Positions 10,169 through 20,833 are shown, numbered from the stretch's first letter. The stretch is DNA of 64,000 nt from Andalucia godoyi And28 (GCA_009859145.1 VRVR01000005.1:215448-279447); one strand, 5' to 3'. Translations and numbers: made by a program. The notes: generated by a model not told the origin, from the letters alone.

Positions 10169-11926
10169 ATGCAGTTTTCTGGAGAGCTGCAGACTGTGAT
10201 TGACGAGTATGCATCTTTTGATTTTGATCCGGAGACGCAGCGTGAATTGGCAAGGTTGAGGTCCGCTGCAGATGGAGGAGAGGTGCTGAGGCGTGCGTTT
10301 CTTCCTCGCATATCATTTGGGACGGCTGGGCTAAGGGGCCGTATGGGGGCCGGGTATGCAAACATGAACAGTCTTGTTGTGATGCAAACGTCAGAGGGTC
10401 TGGGGCGATATATTTTACACTGTGATCCGTCTGCTGCATCCAAGGGGATTGTGGTTGGATACGATGCGCGACACCGCAGTCGCCGATTTGCCTACATTGC
10501 TTGCCAGGTTTTCAAGCGACTCGGCTTTCGTGTGCTGACTTTCAAGGAATATACATGCACTCCATTCGTTCCGTTTGCCGTGTCGCTCCTGGGACTCAGC
10601 GGTGGAGTGATGGTGACGGCGTCGCACAATCCCAAGGACGACAATGGCTACAAGGTGTACTGGTCCAACGGCGCGCAGATTGTGTCGCCTCATGATGATG
10701 GAATAACAGGAGAAATCATGAAACATCTGCGTCCAGAGTTCATTCCTGACTTGCAGGAGGACTTTTCGCTATTTGAATGCGCTGACGAATTGATCATGCA
10801 AAGCTACATGGACAAGTGCCGTGCGCTCTGCTGTTTCCGTGAGCAAAACGCGTCGTCATCAGGGTTGAAGATTGCATACACCCCAGTGCACGGCGTCGGG
10901 GCGAAGTTTGTGCGAAGGATGTTTCTCGAATTCAACTTGCCAGCATTCGCGGAGACAACGGAGCAGATTGATCCGGACCCGGAGTTTTCAACGGTTGTGT
11001 TCCCGAATCCTGAGGAAGGAAAGACAACAATGTCTCTCGTTACGAAACGAGCGCTTGACAGCGGCTGTCAACTGATTCTCGCGAACGATCCTGATGCTGA
11101 CCGACTAGCTGTTGCCGAGGTTCAGCAGAATGGGACTGTTTACTACTTTAACGGAAACGAAATTGCGCTGCTTTTTGCAGACTATGCTTGGTGTTATCAC
11201 CGAAACGCTGGAGTTGCTCCTGAGAACCACTTTGTTGTTCAGTCGACGGTGTCCTCGAAGGCATTGAAGAGAATGGCGGAAGTCGAGGGATTTCAGTGGT
11301 TTGACACATTGACGGGGTTCAAGAACATTGGGAACAAGGCATTTGAGAAGGTGAATGAGGGCATGAAATTTCTTTTTGCCTTTGAAGTGGAGATCGGATT
11401 CTTGTTGGGAAGTATGTCTTTTGACAAGGACGGCGTTCGCACCTGTGCTTGCATGGCGGAGTACGCAAACAAGCTGTTCCGCGAAGGGAAGAGGTTGTAC
11501 GATAGGCTGCAGGAAATTTACGAGAAATACGGATATTTCAACATGATCGCGTCATATTTTTTCTGCTATGACCCTGTTCGAATGAAATCCATCATTGATG
11601 CTGTGCGAAAACCAAATTACATTTCCCACATTGGAAACGACGAGGTCGTGTGGGTCCGTGATTGCACTGCGGGGTATCAGTCGGATACTGCCGATCACGT
11701 TCCGTCGTTGCCCGTCTCTGCGTCTTCTCAATTTTTGCAGCTCAGACTGGCATCTGGAGTAGAAATCACGCTTCGTGGTTCCGGAACAGAACCAAAACTG
11801 AAATACTACATTGAATCGCGTGGCACCACAATGGCTGAGGCTGCGAAGGCCGCAAAGGAAGTCGAGAAACACTTGATTTCAGAGATCCTTCGTCCGCTTG
11901 AAAACGGTCTTGTTGCACGAGACTAG
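10169..11926 (+). CDS. PGM2: Phosphoglucomutase-2/phosphopentomutase (alpha-D-phosphohexomutase)
   Basis: FGTAGLRG, phospho-Ser loop TASHNP, metal loop NDPDADR, TLTGFK, FAFE, RGSGTEPKLKYY. Confidence 0.92.
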   Translation: MQFSGELQTVIDEYASFDFDPETQRELARLRSAADGGEVLRRAFLPRISFGTAGLRGRMGAGYANMNSLVVMQTSEGLGRYILHCDPSAASKGIVVGYDARHRSRRFAYIACQVFKRLGFRVLTFKEYTCTPFVPFAVSLLGLSGGVMVTASHNPKDDNGYKVYWSNGAQIVSPHDDGITGEIMKHLRPEFIPDLQEDFSLFECADELIMQSYMDKCRALCCFREQNASSSGLKIAYTPVHGVGAKFVRRMFLEFNLPAFAETTEQIDPDPEFSTVVFPNPEEGKTTMSLVTKRALDSGCQLILANDPDADRLAVAEVQQNGTVYYFNGNEIALLFADYAWCYHRNAGVAPENHFVVQSTVSSKALKRMAEVEGFQWFDTLTGFKNIGNKAFEKVNEGMKFLFAFEVEIGFLLGSMSFDKDGVRTCACMAEYANKLFREGKRLYDRLQEIYEKYGYFNMIASYFFCYDPVRMKSIIDAVRKPNYISHIGNDEVVWVRDCTAGYQSDTADHVPSLPVSASSQFLQLRLASGVEITLRGSGTEPKLKYYIESRGTTMAEAAKAAKEVEKHLISEILRPLENGLVARD

Positions 11927-12121
11927 GCGTTATGGGCAATGTTGCTGAAGCCGCCAGGTTATCTTCTGTCCGTTCCTTCTTTTTCTCCTTTTCTCTTTTC
12001 TTTTTTGTTTTTGTTTTTGGGTCGTGGGGAGGATGGTCGCAATTATTGAAAAAACAAAGATAAATTTAAATTAAACAAAAAAACAACAACAAGACAACCA
12101 AAACAAAAACAAAACAGGTTC

Positions 12122-13483
12122 TCAAGAACTATCGCATACAAACATTGAATCGTCGTCCGTTTCCACGTCCTTCTCCTTCCGAAACGAGACCACGTGGTTA
12201 AAAATGGGAACCACTTGAAACAGAAAGCCATCAACCCGGATTCCACTCGGAGATAGCTGAAGACGGCATTGAAGCCAAGAGCACCCAAACATGACAAACA
12301 GCGTGCTCTTGCCCTGGGGACTGATCAGAATTCGGCACCGCAGCCCGTTACTGAGTATCTCGCTGATTTGCTCACAGCTCCGCAGAAGGACCTCGGATTT
12401 CAACATTTTCATATGGAGGCCGTTGCGGATCAAGGATTCGAGAATCGTGAACTGCGCTTCAATTATGTATCGAATGATCCGCGAGCAAGATACGAGCAGC
12501 GAAGATCCAAAAATGTGTGTCGTGGACGGCGGGGGTGGAAACAACGACGGTACCCGGTTTGCGTCTTTAGTCCACGTGTCCTGTAAGGCACGGAGACGCT
12601 GGTCCCAGAGCAGTTTGTGTTTGGAAGGAAGAATTGGAACTCGAAAAAACTTTGACAGTCGCAAGCTTTTGAACGAGAAATTCGCGTCGCTTTCCAGACG
12701 AAATCCCCTGTGTCGCGCGGACACGGCAAAATGGGCCCGTTTCGAAGTTGAAGAAGAAGTGGTGGAAACTCGGCCAGATGCTGCCAGATGCACCGGATGC
12801 ACAGAATAAAACGAGCGAACTGCTTTTTCCAAAAGAAACCCGCTTCCAAGCTTTCGCAGAGCAGACTCGAAATGCAATCGAAATTGGACCATCATGCCGG
12901 AAGCAAACTGCAGCCGCAAGACGTGTGCAACCAGCAGGCTGGGAAAATGCCGAAAGAGGAGTTTGATGTACCGTATGATGCGATCGTACCCCTGAACAAC
13001 AGCAGCACAAGACGTTCCTTTCGTCGCTTCGAATTCCAGGGCCCCAGGGTCTCTCTGCTGGGAGTCGGAGTGCAGCAACATGCGGGTTACACAGGAAGCC
13101 GACATTGAATCATCCGAAAACGCATCCCACGGAACTTCCACTTCATTCACGACGCTGAATTGCTCGGACACCTGCATACCCGGCACAGACTGGACAGCAT
13201 AGGTTCTGCGAAACCCAAGCACGCGAGATAGCCAGCGAAACGTGGAAAACAGATCCACGTCATATGAATTTTCCAGACCTAGTAGGAACGACCGCTTCCC
13301 TCCATTTTGCACAAAGGAGATGGGCACGCACACACTAGGTACCGGAGGCACACCCACCGAACCGTGGAGCGAGACAGAAGCTTGGCGGAGATCCCAAGGC
13401 TCATTCTCCCAGTCTAACGACACCGAAACCGTTTCGATCCCGTTGGGAGCTCGAGCAATAACATTCGACGCATCATCAGCCAT
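12122..13483 (-). CDS. Hypothetical protein (453 aa)
   Basis: Long ATG-initiated ORF filling the space between AT-rich spacers; no motif recognised. Confidence 0.6.
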   Translation of the reverse strand: MADDASNVIARAPNGIETVSVSLDWENEPWDLRQASVSLHGSVGVPPVPSVCVPISFVQNGGKRSFLLGLENSYDVDLFSTFRWLSRVLGFRRTYAVQSVPGMQVSEQFSVVNEVEVPWDAFSDDSMSASCVTRMLLHSDSQQRDPGALEFEATKGTSCAAVVQGYDRIIRYIKLLFRHFPSLLVAHVLRLQFASGMMVQFRLHFESALRKLGSGFLLEKAVRSFYSVHPVHLAASGRVSTTSSSTSKRAHFAVSARHRGFRLESDANFSFKSLRLSKFFRVPILPSKHKLLWDQRLRALQDTWTKDANRVPSLFPPPPSTTHIFGSSLLVSCSRIIRYIIEAQFTILESLIRNGLHMKMLKSEVLLRSCEQISEILSNGLRCRILISPQGKSTLFVMFGCSWLQCRLQLSPSGIRVDGFLFQVVPIFNHVVSFRKEKDVETDDDSMFVCDSS

Positions 13484-13828
13484 ACCATCCGAAGGCTTCC
13501 GTCACAAACTAACGCACAGAAAACACTCTCTCAGCAACCCAGAACCCAGCACCCAGCACCCAGCACCAGTAACAATAACAATAGCAATAATGAAAAGCAA
13601 ATGGAAAATATAATAAACAATAGAAAGCTGATAAAATGGTATTGATGATTTCCGCCGTTGTTTTGCAAAACTCATATTCGTTCTGACGGACTCGGTCGAG
13701 AGAGCGTACCGTAGATAGTGATGACTTCTTTTAACGTGGGATGCTGGTGTTTTGATTTTGGATTGGATTGCAAGGATGGGGAATAGCATTTGGGCCTTTG
13801 GATTAGAGCGGGTTCAGACGTGAGAAGA

Positions 13829-14128
13829 ATGGCGGTGTTTGTGGAGCTGGCTGGTGGGCTAGAGACGCTTTTTGGAAAAGAAAAGAAGCTTATCGTTGAG
13901 TTGTCGCACATGGACGTGCGGTCTCGGACGATCCGCGGTCTTGTGACCCATCTGATCGCGCATCATGTTCGTCAAAAACCCGACTTGTTTGGCTCGGCGA
14001 CCGGCGAGGTGCGTCCTGGAATCCTTGTGCTTGTGAACGATGTGGACTGGGAAATCCTCGGTGGCCACGACTCCCCTCTCGAACCCAGCGACACCGTCGT
14101 CTTTATCTCCACTCTTCACGGCGGATAG
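13829..14128 (+). CDS. URM1: Ubiquitin-related modifier 1
   Basis: MAVFVELAGGLETLFG...VRPGILVLVNDVDWEILG...VVFISTLHGG with C-terminal GG; 99 aa from the ATG at 13829. Confidence 0.95.
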   Translation: MAVFVELAGGLETLFGKEKKLIVELSHMDVRSRTIRGLVTHLIAHHVRQKPDLFGSATGEVRPGILVLVNDVDWEILGGHDSPLEPSDTVVFISTLHGG

Positions 14129-14409
14129 CCGGCAACTTCCTCGCTCCTTCTACCGTCGGCTGCCGATTGCGTTTCTTGTTTCGGTTTGTTTGCGCGCACA
14201 CACACATACATACACTCACTCTCTCACTCTCTCACTCTCTCCCTCTCTCACCACAGCTTACTTGCTAGCGTGTGATATTTAACTATTTTTAAAGACCAAA
14301 AGAGTTTGAACAGTCCTTCGTGCAATTACACAAACATGTAAAACCTGGTTTTCCTCCCTTTTCTTCTCGTTTTCTACCAACGCTTCATTCGGGAAAGACT
14401 TCATGATCC

Positions 14410-14910
14410 CAGGAGACCGAGTTCGATGGCTTTTGGAATGACGTCCAGCGCATGTATGCTCCCATTGGGCGCCTTCAAGATGGCCAGCCTTTTTGTTCTC
14501 TACATGCTAGAACAGTTGTGGTCAGTTTTTGTGAACAATCACATTTCGACGTTTCCACAGCGTCTGCGGGAGTATATCAAGAGGCTGTTTTTGGGGCAGT
14601 GATGGCAAGCAAGAAAAAGAAAGGAAGAAACAAACGCATGCTGTTTTTTCTGAAACTCACGGGCGGTGATGCACGCTTGCCGTTCACAGCGATGACGATG
14701 CAGATGTGTCGAGAACTTCATGAACGTTTCCGCTTCATAGACGAAGGATGCCGATCTCCGTTCTTTTGTGATGCGTCGGTCAAACAGAGCATCGGCATGG
14801 CCATGTTGTTGTTCCAGAATTGAACTTCACCAGAGCCTTGGGGCCGTACAACAAAGAAGTCCAACGTGCGAATGCCGTCGTCGGAAATCGGGATCGGCAA
14901 GCTCGATTTT
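14410..14910 (+). pseudogene. Frameshifted fragment resembling the N-terminal (REC) region of Fanzor1-type proteins
   Basis: Across frames: EFDGFWNDVQRMYAPIGRLQDGQP / YMLEQLWSVFVNNHISTFPQRLREYIKRLF / KKSNVRMPSSEIGIGKLD. NNHISTFPQRLREYIK recalls the N-x-I-x3-F-x2-RL-x2-Y motif; stops and frameshifts present. Confidence 0.3.
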
Positions 14911-14998
14911 ATTTTTATTTTTATTTTTATTTTTTGGTTTTTGAAAAGCTATATTTGTTTCCACCTGTTGTTTCGCACTGTTTCGTTTGGTTCGCCTA

Positions 14999-15400
14999 CA
15001 TTATGCATTGAACATGCATATCTACGAATAGACATGCATACTCAGTCTTGCATCCCGTAGCCGGGAAGGGGACAGGCCCCCCAACACGCCTCACGGCGCT
15101 CTTCAGATAGATGTTCCGCGCTCCGTTCCCAATTTCGATCAATCGGTGAGCCAAGTTCTCGGCGTGACACGTGGTTCCTGAGAAGGGTGCATTTTGATTC
15201 TGACGGCCCTGGCAGCAGGCGCTTTCGTGTCCTCAGTTGCAGCGATTGATGCAGCTGGAGATACGAGAGGAAGAGGCGGCAGGCGTAGTGACACGTGGTC
15301 TCTTAGGAGGTCTGCGGGACCTAGGAGGCCCTGTATCGAGCGGCGTAGGCGTCGGCGAATGCGAATGCGTCATCCCAGCGCACTCACGCCCATATTTGAA
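14999..15400 (-). mobile_element. Fanzor/TnpB-derived non-autonomous relic (copy C)
   Basis: Minus strand 15143-15095 reads IDRNW-(1 nt insertion)-NGARNIYLKS (RuvC-III motif). It is followed by GTGTTGGGGGGCCTGTCCCC, a long hairpin and ATGCATAATG. The 5' boundary is approximate. Confidence 0.75.
15010..15043 (-). ncRNA. Putative omegaRNA stem-loop of the Fanzor relic
   Basis: GAGTATGCATGTCTA-TTCG-TAGATATGCATGTTC: 15-bp stem with three G-U pairs that form only on the minus strand, the same strand as the RuvC-III remnant. Confidence 0.55.
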
Positions 15401-15408
15401 TTAAAAAC

Positions 15409-15448
15409 GTGAAACCAAAAAAAGTGAAACCAAAAAAAGTGAAACCAA
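15409..15448. repeat. 15-bp tandem repeat (GTGAAACCAAAAAAA) x2.7
   Basis: Read directly; lies between two oppositely oriented Fanzor-like relics. Confidence 0.9.
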
Positions 15449-15487
15449 CGAATGATAGAATAGATGGCTACGGATGCTGCGTTAAAG

Positions 15488-15630
15488 AGCGTCGAAAATG
15501 CGGAGCCTGTGTCACCGGCTGAATTTTGGCCGAGCGTGCGTAAGCACGGATTCCTGTGAAGCAAACGTGCTAGTGTCGGCAAGTATCGACCGTGTCTGTT
15601 TATGCATACTTCCATATGCATGACAATGTC
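15488..15630 (+). mobile_element. Possible highly decayed Fanzor relic (copy D)
   Basis: TCG AAA A TGC GGA GCC TGT (SK-CGAC, like TSKTCxxC), then ATC GAC CGT (IDR). Hairpin TATGCATA-CTTCCA-TATGCATG followed by ACAATG resembles the tail of copy C. Confidence 0.3.
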
Positions 15631-15769
15631 GTGTCATTATTCAACGGCTTGATGGTAGTGAGTCAGGCCAAAAGCCGGAGGCTAAATGGTGGGATGGGAT
15701 GATAGTACGCATTAGAAGAACGTGTTTCTGCTTCTGAAGTGCAGCGGCCAGGGGTTACGGAGTTCGTGC

Positions 15770-17249
15770 ATGCGTGATTTAGTCCCAGCGTCAACGGCGG
15801 AGAAGAGGCTTGATATCCTCACGCAGCAGCTACGATATGCGCCGCTGCGGTCTCGCGAGTCTTCTGCCACTCGGCAGCTTGAAGAGGACTCTGGAGAAGT
15901 AGAGAATGAAACCAAGGAACATAAACGCATCAATCTCTGGGGATTGGCAATGTTCAGTCAATGTAATGGTCACAAGTATGTCTTTCCCCCTTACTTTCGT
16001 TCGCTTCTTTCTAATTTTTTAGTGCAAAAAACAAAAACAAAAAAGCAAAAACAAGCTGACTCTGTCTCACACACCCACACACAGCAAAGCAATGTCGGTT
16101 TTCCTGCAGCCATTGCAGCAGTCCTATGGCTGGTCTGCGACTAAATGCAGCTTCTTGTACTCATTGTCGTTTGGGTTTCAAGCTGCGGGGTACTATGTTG
16201 CAGATGCACTGAGGAGCAAAATCGGCACCAAGAAAACGGCCATGCTCGGAACATCCTTGTTGGCAGCCGGGTCTCTCGCCAGCGCAGTGTTTGCCGGGTT
16301 TCTAAAAAAGAATTCGTGGATTCCGATCATGGTGTCGTACTCTGCTGTCGGTTCTATTGGAAACGGAATTCTTGAAAACACAGCATTTTCACACATTGTT
16401 GAGCGAGCAGGCCAATTTCCCGAGTTCGCACTCTCCGTGTACTTGATTATGGTTTCCGCTGCGCCATTGTATATGGCACCCGCATGGTCGGTTGCTCTTG
16501 AAAAGTTGCCTCTTGAAGCCGTGTTTGCCGTCTCCGCCGTGCTGTTCGCGATCCACTTGCCGTTCATGCAGCACTGGAATACACGTGACTCCTTCTCCTC
16601 TGGCGAGCATTCCAAGAAGACGAATGAACGCCTCTACAAGTTCATCAAACAGGTGTTTTCGTCTCCAAAGTTATTTACATATGCTACCATGAACCTCGTG
16701 TTGGTCGCGGGCAGGACCAGTTTCTACGGGTTTTTGTACCCCATGCTGTCGGAAACGGGGTTCTTTGGACCGGTGGCACGCAGAATCCTTTGCGGCTTGC
16801 TGGGATTTCTTCCTGCACTCTCTCGATTGCTGCTGTCTCACTTTGGCACTCTGCAATCCTCTTTGCTCAAAGATGTCCTCTGCTTTTCCATTTCGCAGCT
16901 TTTCTCTATTTATCTCCTGACCAAGAGCAAGACAAGGTCATTGTACATAATTGGACTTGTGATTTTCGTGGTTTCTGGAGGACTCGTTCACTTAACGAGA
17001 CTTCGGATCATGAACGACAACAGTTTAAATCCAGAAGAGAAGAAGGCGCACAGCGATTTTCAATCCATTCTAGGCGTCTTCGCAGGCATTGTATTCCCAA
17101 CAATATTTGCTCAAATAAGGGATGCGACTGGGTCTTACAAGAAATCATTCCGTGTTCTTGTGGTACTGCATGCATATCTTCTACTGTCTTCATCCTTCAA
17201 AAACCGGTCCGATATTGCAGAGCATGCCAAAAGTATACTGCGACATTGA
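15770..17249 (+). CDS. MFS transporter (oxalate/formate antiporter or MCT-like); 2 exons (15770-15975, 16085-17249)
   Basis: GTATGT at 15976 to CAG at 16084 joins in frame to give LWGLAMFSQCNGHNKAMSVFLQPLQQSYGWS. Multiple hydrophobic helices; IFAQIRDATGSYKKSF at the end. Confidence 0.75.
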
Positions 17250-17294
17250 ATGTCGATGCCGAAAAAAGAAAAAGACAAAGAGGCAGCAAGACAG

Positions 17295-17317
17295 AAGAGA
17301 GATAGAGATAGAGATAG

Positions 17318-17348
<31 letters not shown>

Positions 17349-17350
17349 AG
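17295..17350. repeat. (GAGATA)/(GATA)/(GA)n microsatellite
   Basis: Read directly, between convergent genes. Confidence 0.85.
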
Positions 17351-17352
17351 CG

Positions 17353-18927
17353 CTACAGAGGAACCTGTCGAATTCGAGGATTCGATGTGATTTGTCGCTT
17401 TTGCCGATCCTCTTCACGAGTAAACGTTTCCTTGAGATTCTTCTTTCGTTCGCGTTGTTGGCGCTTTTCTTCTTTCAAAAGTTTCTTCCTTTCGCGTTTT
17501 TCTTCAGCAGATTCATTTGCGCTCCTGGCCTTGCCAATGTTCTTGGCCTCGTCCACAGACGGATCATCAGATGCCGACGATTCGTCTTCGACCGCAGTCT
17601 GTTTCTTGCTGTGCAAGTACCCCAGTGGAATACCAGTCTTCTGAGAGAGCTTGATTTTCTTCCGTTCCTCCTTGATCATTCCAGGATGGTTCTCAAGATT
17701 GGAATACGTTGAAATGATTGTCTCACAATCCCAGTCGTTTCTCTTCTTCTCCACAATTACTTGCGTCGAATTGCCAGATGCTTCATCTTCCGCAGCATGC
17801 ACATCCGCAAACGCAAGGATGCGTTGCTTCTTCAACAATTTAGATTCGTCAACGATTGCCTTGATTTCGCTCTCCGACATCTCCGACGTGATTGGCTTGA
17901 CCATTTCATCCACATGAAGTTTGATCCACGGTTCTTTGACATTTTCTAAGCGCAAATACTCTTCAAAGACAGTCTTGTAGTGTGATGCTTCAACAGCACC
18001 CTGCAGCGTTTCATCATCTTCTTCAAGCTCGCCCAGCTCGTCGTCATCATACTGAGAAAGCATTTTCTCGAACTGTTCTTCAAGGTTGTGCACGCGACGA
18101 GCCTGTTTAACGGATCCGTAAACATGACCCCAATTCGCACTTGCGTCTTCCGCGTCGTCATATTGCCCTTCTTCATCGTACTCTTCTTCATCATCTTCTT
18201 CACCATCCTCTTCTTCTTCACCTTCATAGTCGACATCGTCCTCATCCTCGTCCTCGTCATGCTTGCTGTCACCAAACACTCCAGCTCCCTTGGTTGGCGG
18301 AACCTTCCTCCTCCTCATCCCTACGAATCGAACCGGTCTCGCAGGAATCGGCATGTCTGCATCGTCTCCTCCGGCACCACCAGAAGCCTTCAGTACAAAA
18401 TCATCCTCCAATTCTTCGAAGGCCTCGTCTTCGGCTGCAAGCACATGATCAATTTCCGCGTCACCCATTTCCGCATCTAGATCTTCAACCATGTCATCCT
18501 CCATATCCTCATCCGCAACATCTTCTTCATCGCAAATGGATGACACTCTCACGCGCCGCGCGTCCAACACTCGCCGGTTCACACGGATCCTTGTACTGAG
18601 CTCGTTCAGTTCATCTTCAGTGTATTCAGCATTGATGTACACTCCGCCGCTGGTGGAGCTTATCGTGCGAAGATGCTGCGAGTAGTCGTAGCCATCATCG
18701 GGAAGCCCAAGCTCGACAATCTCCCGTCGAGAAGTCGCAACAGACGCACCGTCCATATCCGCAAAGCTCACAATAGACCCCGTATCGCTGATTTTCTTAC
18801 GCCCCTTTCTGTCCACTTCCTGAAGAACTGGAGCCGCCGAGCCGTCTGCAGGCGACAGCACATCGTCGCCACCCCGAAACACCAATCGGTACTTCCTTGC
18901 TTGCTTCTTATCGAAATACCGCGGCAT
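17353..18927 (-). CDS. LTV1: 40S ribosome biogenesis factor LTV1
   Basis: FDKKQARKYRLVFR, DDGYDYSQHLR, WDCETIISTYSNLENHP, acidic middle region, C-terminal KEEKRQQRERKK. Confidence 0.9.
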   Translation of the reverse strand: MPRYFDKKQARKYRLVFRGGDDVLSPADGSAAPVLQEVDRKGRKKISDTGSIVSFADMDGASVATSRREIVELGLPDDGYDYSQHLRTISSTSGGVYINAEYTEDELNELSTRIRVNRRVLDARRVRVSSICDEEDVADEDMEDDMVEDLDAEMGDAEIDHVLAAEDEAFEELEDDFVLKASGGAGGDDADMPIPARPVRFVGMRRRKVPPTKGAGVFGDSKHDEDEDEDDVDYEGEEEEDGEEDDEEEYDEEGQYDDAEDASANWGHVYGSVKQARRVHNLEEQFEKMLSQYDDDELGELEEDDETLQGAVEASHYKTVFEEYLRLENVKEPWIKLHVDEMVKPITSEMSESEIKAIVDESKLLKKQRILAFADVHAAEDEASGNSTQVIVEKKRNDWDCETIISTYSNLENHPGMIKEERKKIKLSQKTGIPLGYLHSKKQTAVEDESSASDDPSVDEAKNIGKARSANESAEEKRERKKLLKEEKRQQRERKKNLKETFTREEDRQKRQITSNPRIRQVPL

Positions 18928-19249
18928 TTCACAACTTCACGATCCTGAGACACAGGCCAGAAAACCAAAAAATACAATAAAACACGAAAATCTCAGACAA
19001 GACAATAACAACTGCAACAACTGCAACAACAACAACAACATGCAGAAGAAGAAGACAAAACAGAAGAGAAAACAAAAAAGAAAACGCGACGAGACTTCAT
19101 CATGTCGCGAAAATGGGGAAACAAGAGCGATTTTCTCCAACGTGCCGTAGTCCTCGATGAGAGTGTCGTAGAAGATTTTATATTTTCATGATTTTCGTGG
19201 AAATAGAAAATAATCAAGGCTGAGTATGCATATGTAACAGAGCGTTGTG

Positions 19250-20581
19250 TTAGTTGTCGGTGACGACAGCCGATGCATCGTAAGAGGAGACTGGGATTTT
19301 CCACGATGCAGACTGTCGTCTTTTCTTGGACATTGAAGTTCGCGATCTTTGGATTCCAATGAGGTCCTTTGGTTCTTCGGCTGCCGTCGCGTCATTTTCA
19401 TTGGAGTCTTTCGATCCAGTGCCCGCTCCCAAGGTGGTTGTTTCTTCTTCACTCGGCAGCAAGCCTTCTGCACGGTCGCTGGCCACAACATCGCCTTCCG
19501 GCTTCGCAGCGGAAACGTCTTCTTTCGGCTTGACGGGCGAGGTATCAAAGCTTAGTCGACGAGTGTCCATGTGCCTCCTTCTTCGCTGCAGCCGATTTGT
19601 GAGCTCCTTGAAAACAGTGGTCTCCACAATCGGCGATGTCAACGAGTTCTTCTTGGCGGATGATGTGACAATGTCTTTTGGATTGTTGCTTGCCTCCGTT
19701 TGCTTACTGCGGGCTGCCGCGGATGTTGTTGAACCAGCTGCAGTGCCGTCGAGTTTTGCTTCCGACTTGACGTTTCTAAGCAGTTTCCCTTGACGAATGG
19801 AGTCCAACAGCGCTGATCGGTTCGGTTGCAAAGCTTCTTCGCTTGCATTTCCGAACTGTCCCTTTGCCAGGCCCGTCGACGCAGGTTTCTCTGTTACCGC
19901 AATCATTTGCAGTGACCAGCTCGCTGGAGCTGGTGGCGGCGGCGGTGGCGGTGGCGGTAGTCGAAGGAGTGAATTTGGTGGCAATGGCACAGGCAGAGAA
20001 GCGTTCTCTTCGATGACAAGCGGTCGCGGGGTTGCTGGTGGCTCGCTAATGGAATCCTGCGGCTTTGCGTCATCCACTGCGGCATTAAACTCTGCATTTG
20101 ACTCGAATAATGGAGAATGTTCAATTGGATTTTGCGTGGCTTGGGAAGTTGTTGGTTGGACGTCCAAAGGATTTGCTGCGGAATCGATGCGGCAATCTTC
20201 TTGCAAATCATTCATGATGGCTCCTATGACTGGTCCTCGACTGCCAGCTCCGTCTGCACCAGCTGGAGAAATGGGCCGGCGTTGGGACATAACACTCGCT
20301 TCGTCGCGTACGTCCAGTGCAGTGTACGCTCGTTGTGTCTTTGGAGAGCTATCCTTATCGCCTGTGTGCAGCTGAAGATCGCACGATACAGAGAAAAGCG
20401 ACCTACATTCAAATGACAGACGCAGACGCATAGACAGAGGATTGTGGAAAATCAGCCTCAGAACTTGTGCGATTCGTTGAATGAGACGCCGAAGAATGTC
20501 CTTCTCTTTAACGATTTTCACCACGAAGTCCCATAGTAGCGTCAATGAGGGTTTAACCTCCATGACTGCCGTCTTTTCCAT
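19250..20581 (-). CDS. WH2-domain, polyproline actin-regulatory protein
   Basis: LPPPPPPPPPAP followed by RSALLDSIRQGKLLRNV (WH2). The start at the ATG at 20581 is inferred. Confidence 0.65.
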   Translation of the reverse strand: MEKTAVMEVKPSLTLLWDFVVKIVKEKDILRRLIQRIAQVLRLIFHNPLSMRLRLSFECRSLFSVSCDLQLHTGDKDSSPKTQRAYTALDVRDEASVMSQRRPISPAGADGAGSRGPVIGAIMNDLQEDCRIDSAANPLDVQPTTSQATQNPIEHSPLFESNAEFNAAVDDAKPQDSISEPPATPRPLVIEENASLPVPLPPNSLLRLPPPPPPPPPAPASWSLQMIAVTEKPASTGLAKGQFGNASEEALQPNRSALLDSIRQGKLLRNVKSEAKLDGTAAGSTTSAAARSKQTEASNNPKDIVTSSAKKNSLTSPIVETTVFKELTNRLQRRRRHMDTRRLSFDTSPVKPKEDVSAAKPEGDVVASDRAEGLLPSEEETTTLGAGTGSKDSNENDATAAEEPKDLIGIQRSRTSMSKKRRQSASWKIPVSSYDASAVVTDN

Positions 20582-20833
20582 ATCTTGAAAGAGATCCGCA
20601 GCTATTTCACAGTAATAATAATAATGGGGATAATGACAGCAGTAACAATTATTATAGCACAAAAAGTAAAATGGACGAACACATCTGAATCGAGTAATGG
20701 CTTTCGGAAACCCCCCAAAAAGGCATATTAGACGAGAGCCGTTAAGCCATATTACGGCAGGCAGATGTTTCCCGCTCACTACCGAAACGTCCGCGCGATC
20801 CATGAATGGGGAAAATTGTCTAGAAGTATATTT

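Noticed and set aside
14395-14430. tRNA-Met-like TCATGATCCCAGGAGACCGAGTTCGAT
   Set aside because: The T-stem cannot close and there is no acceptor or D stem.
19218-19232. CTGAGTATGCAT match to the copy C hairpin arm
   Set aside because: Only 12 nt, with no hairpin partner or RuvC remnant; probably chance.
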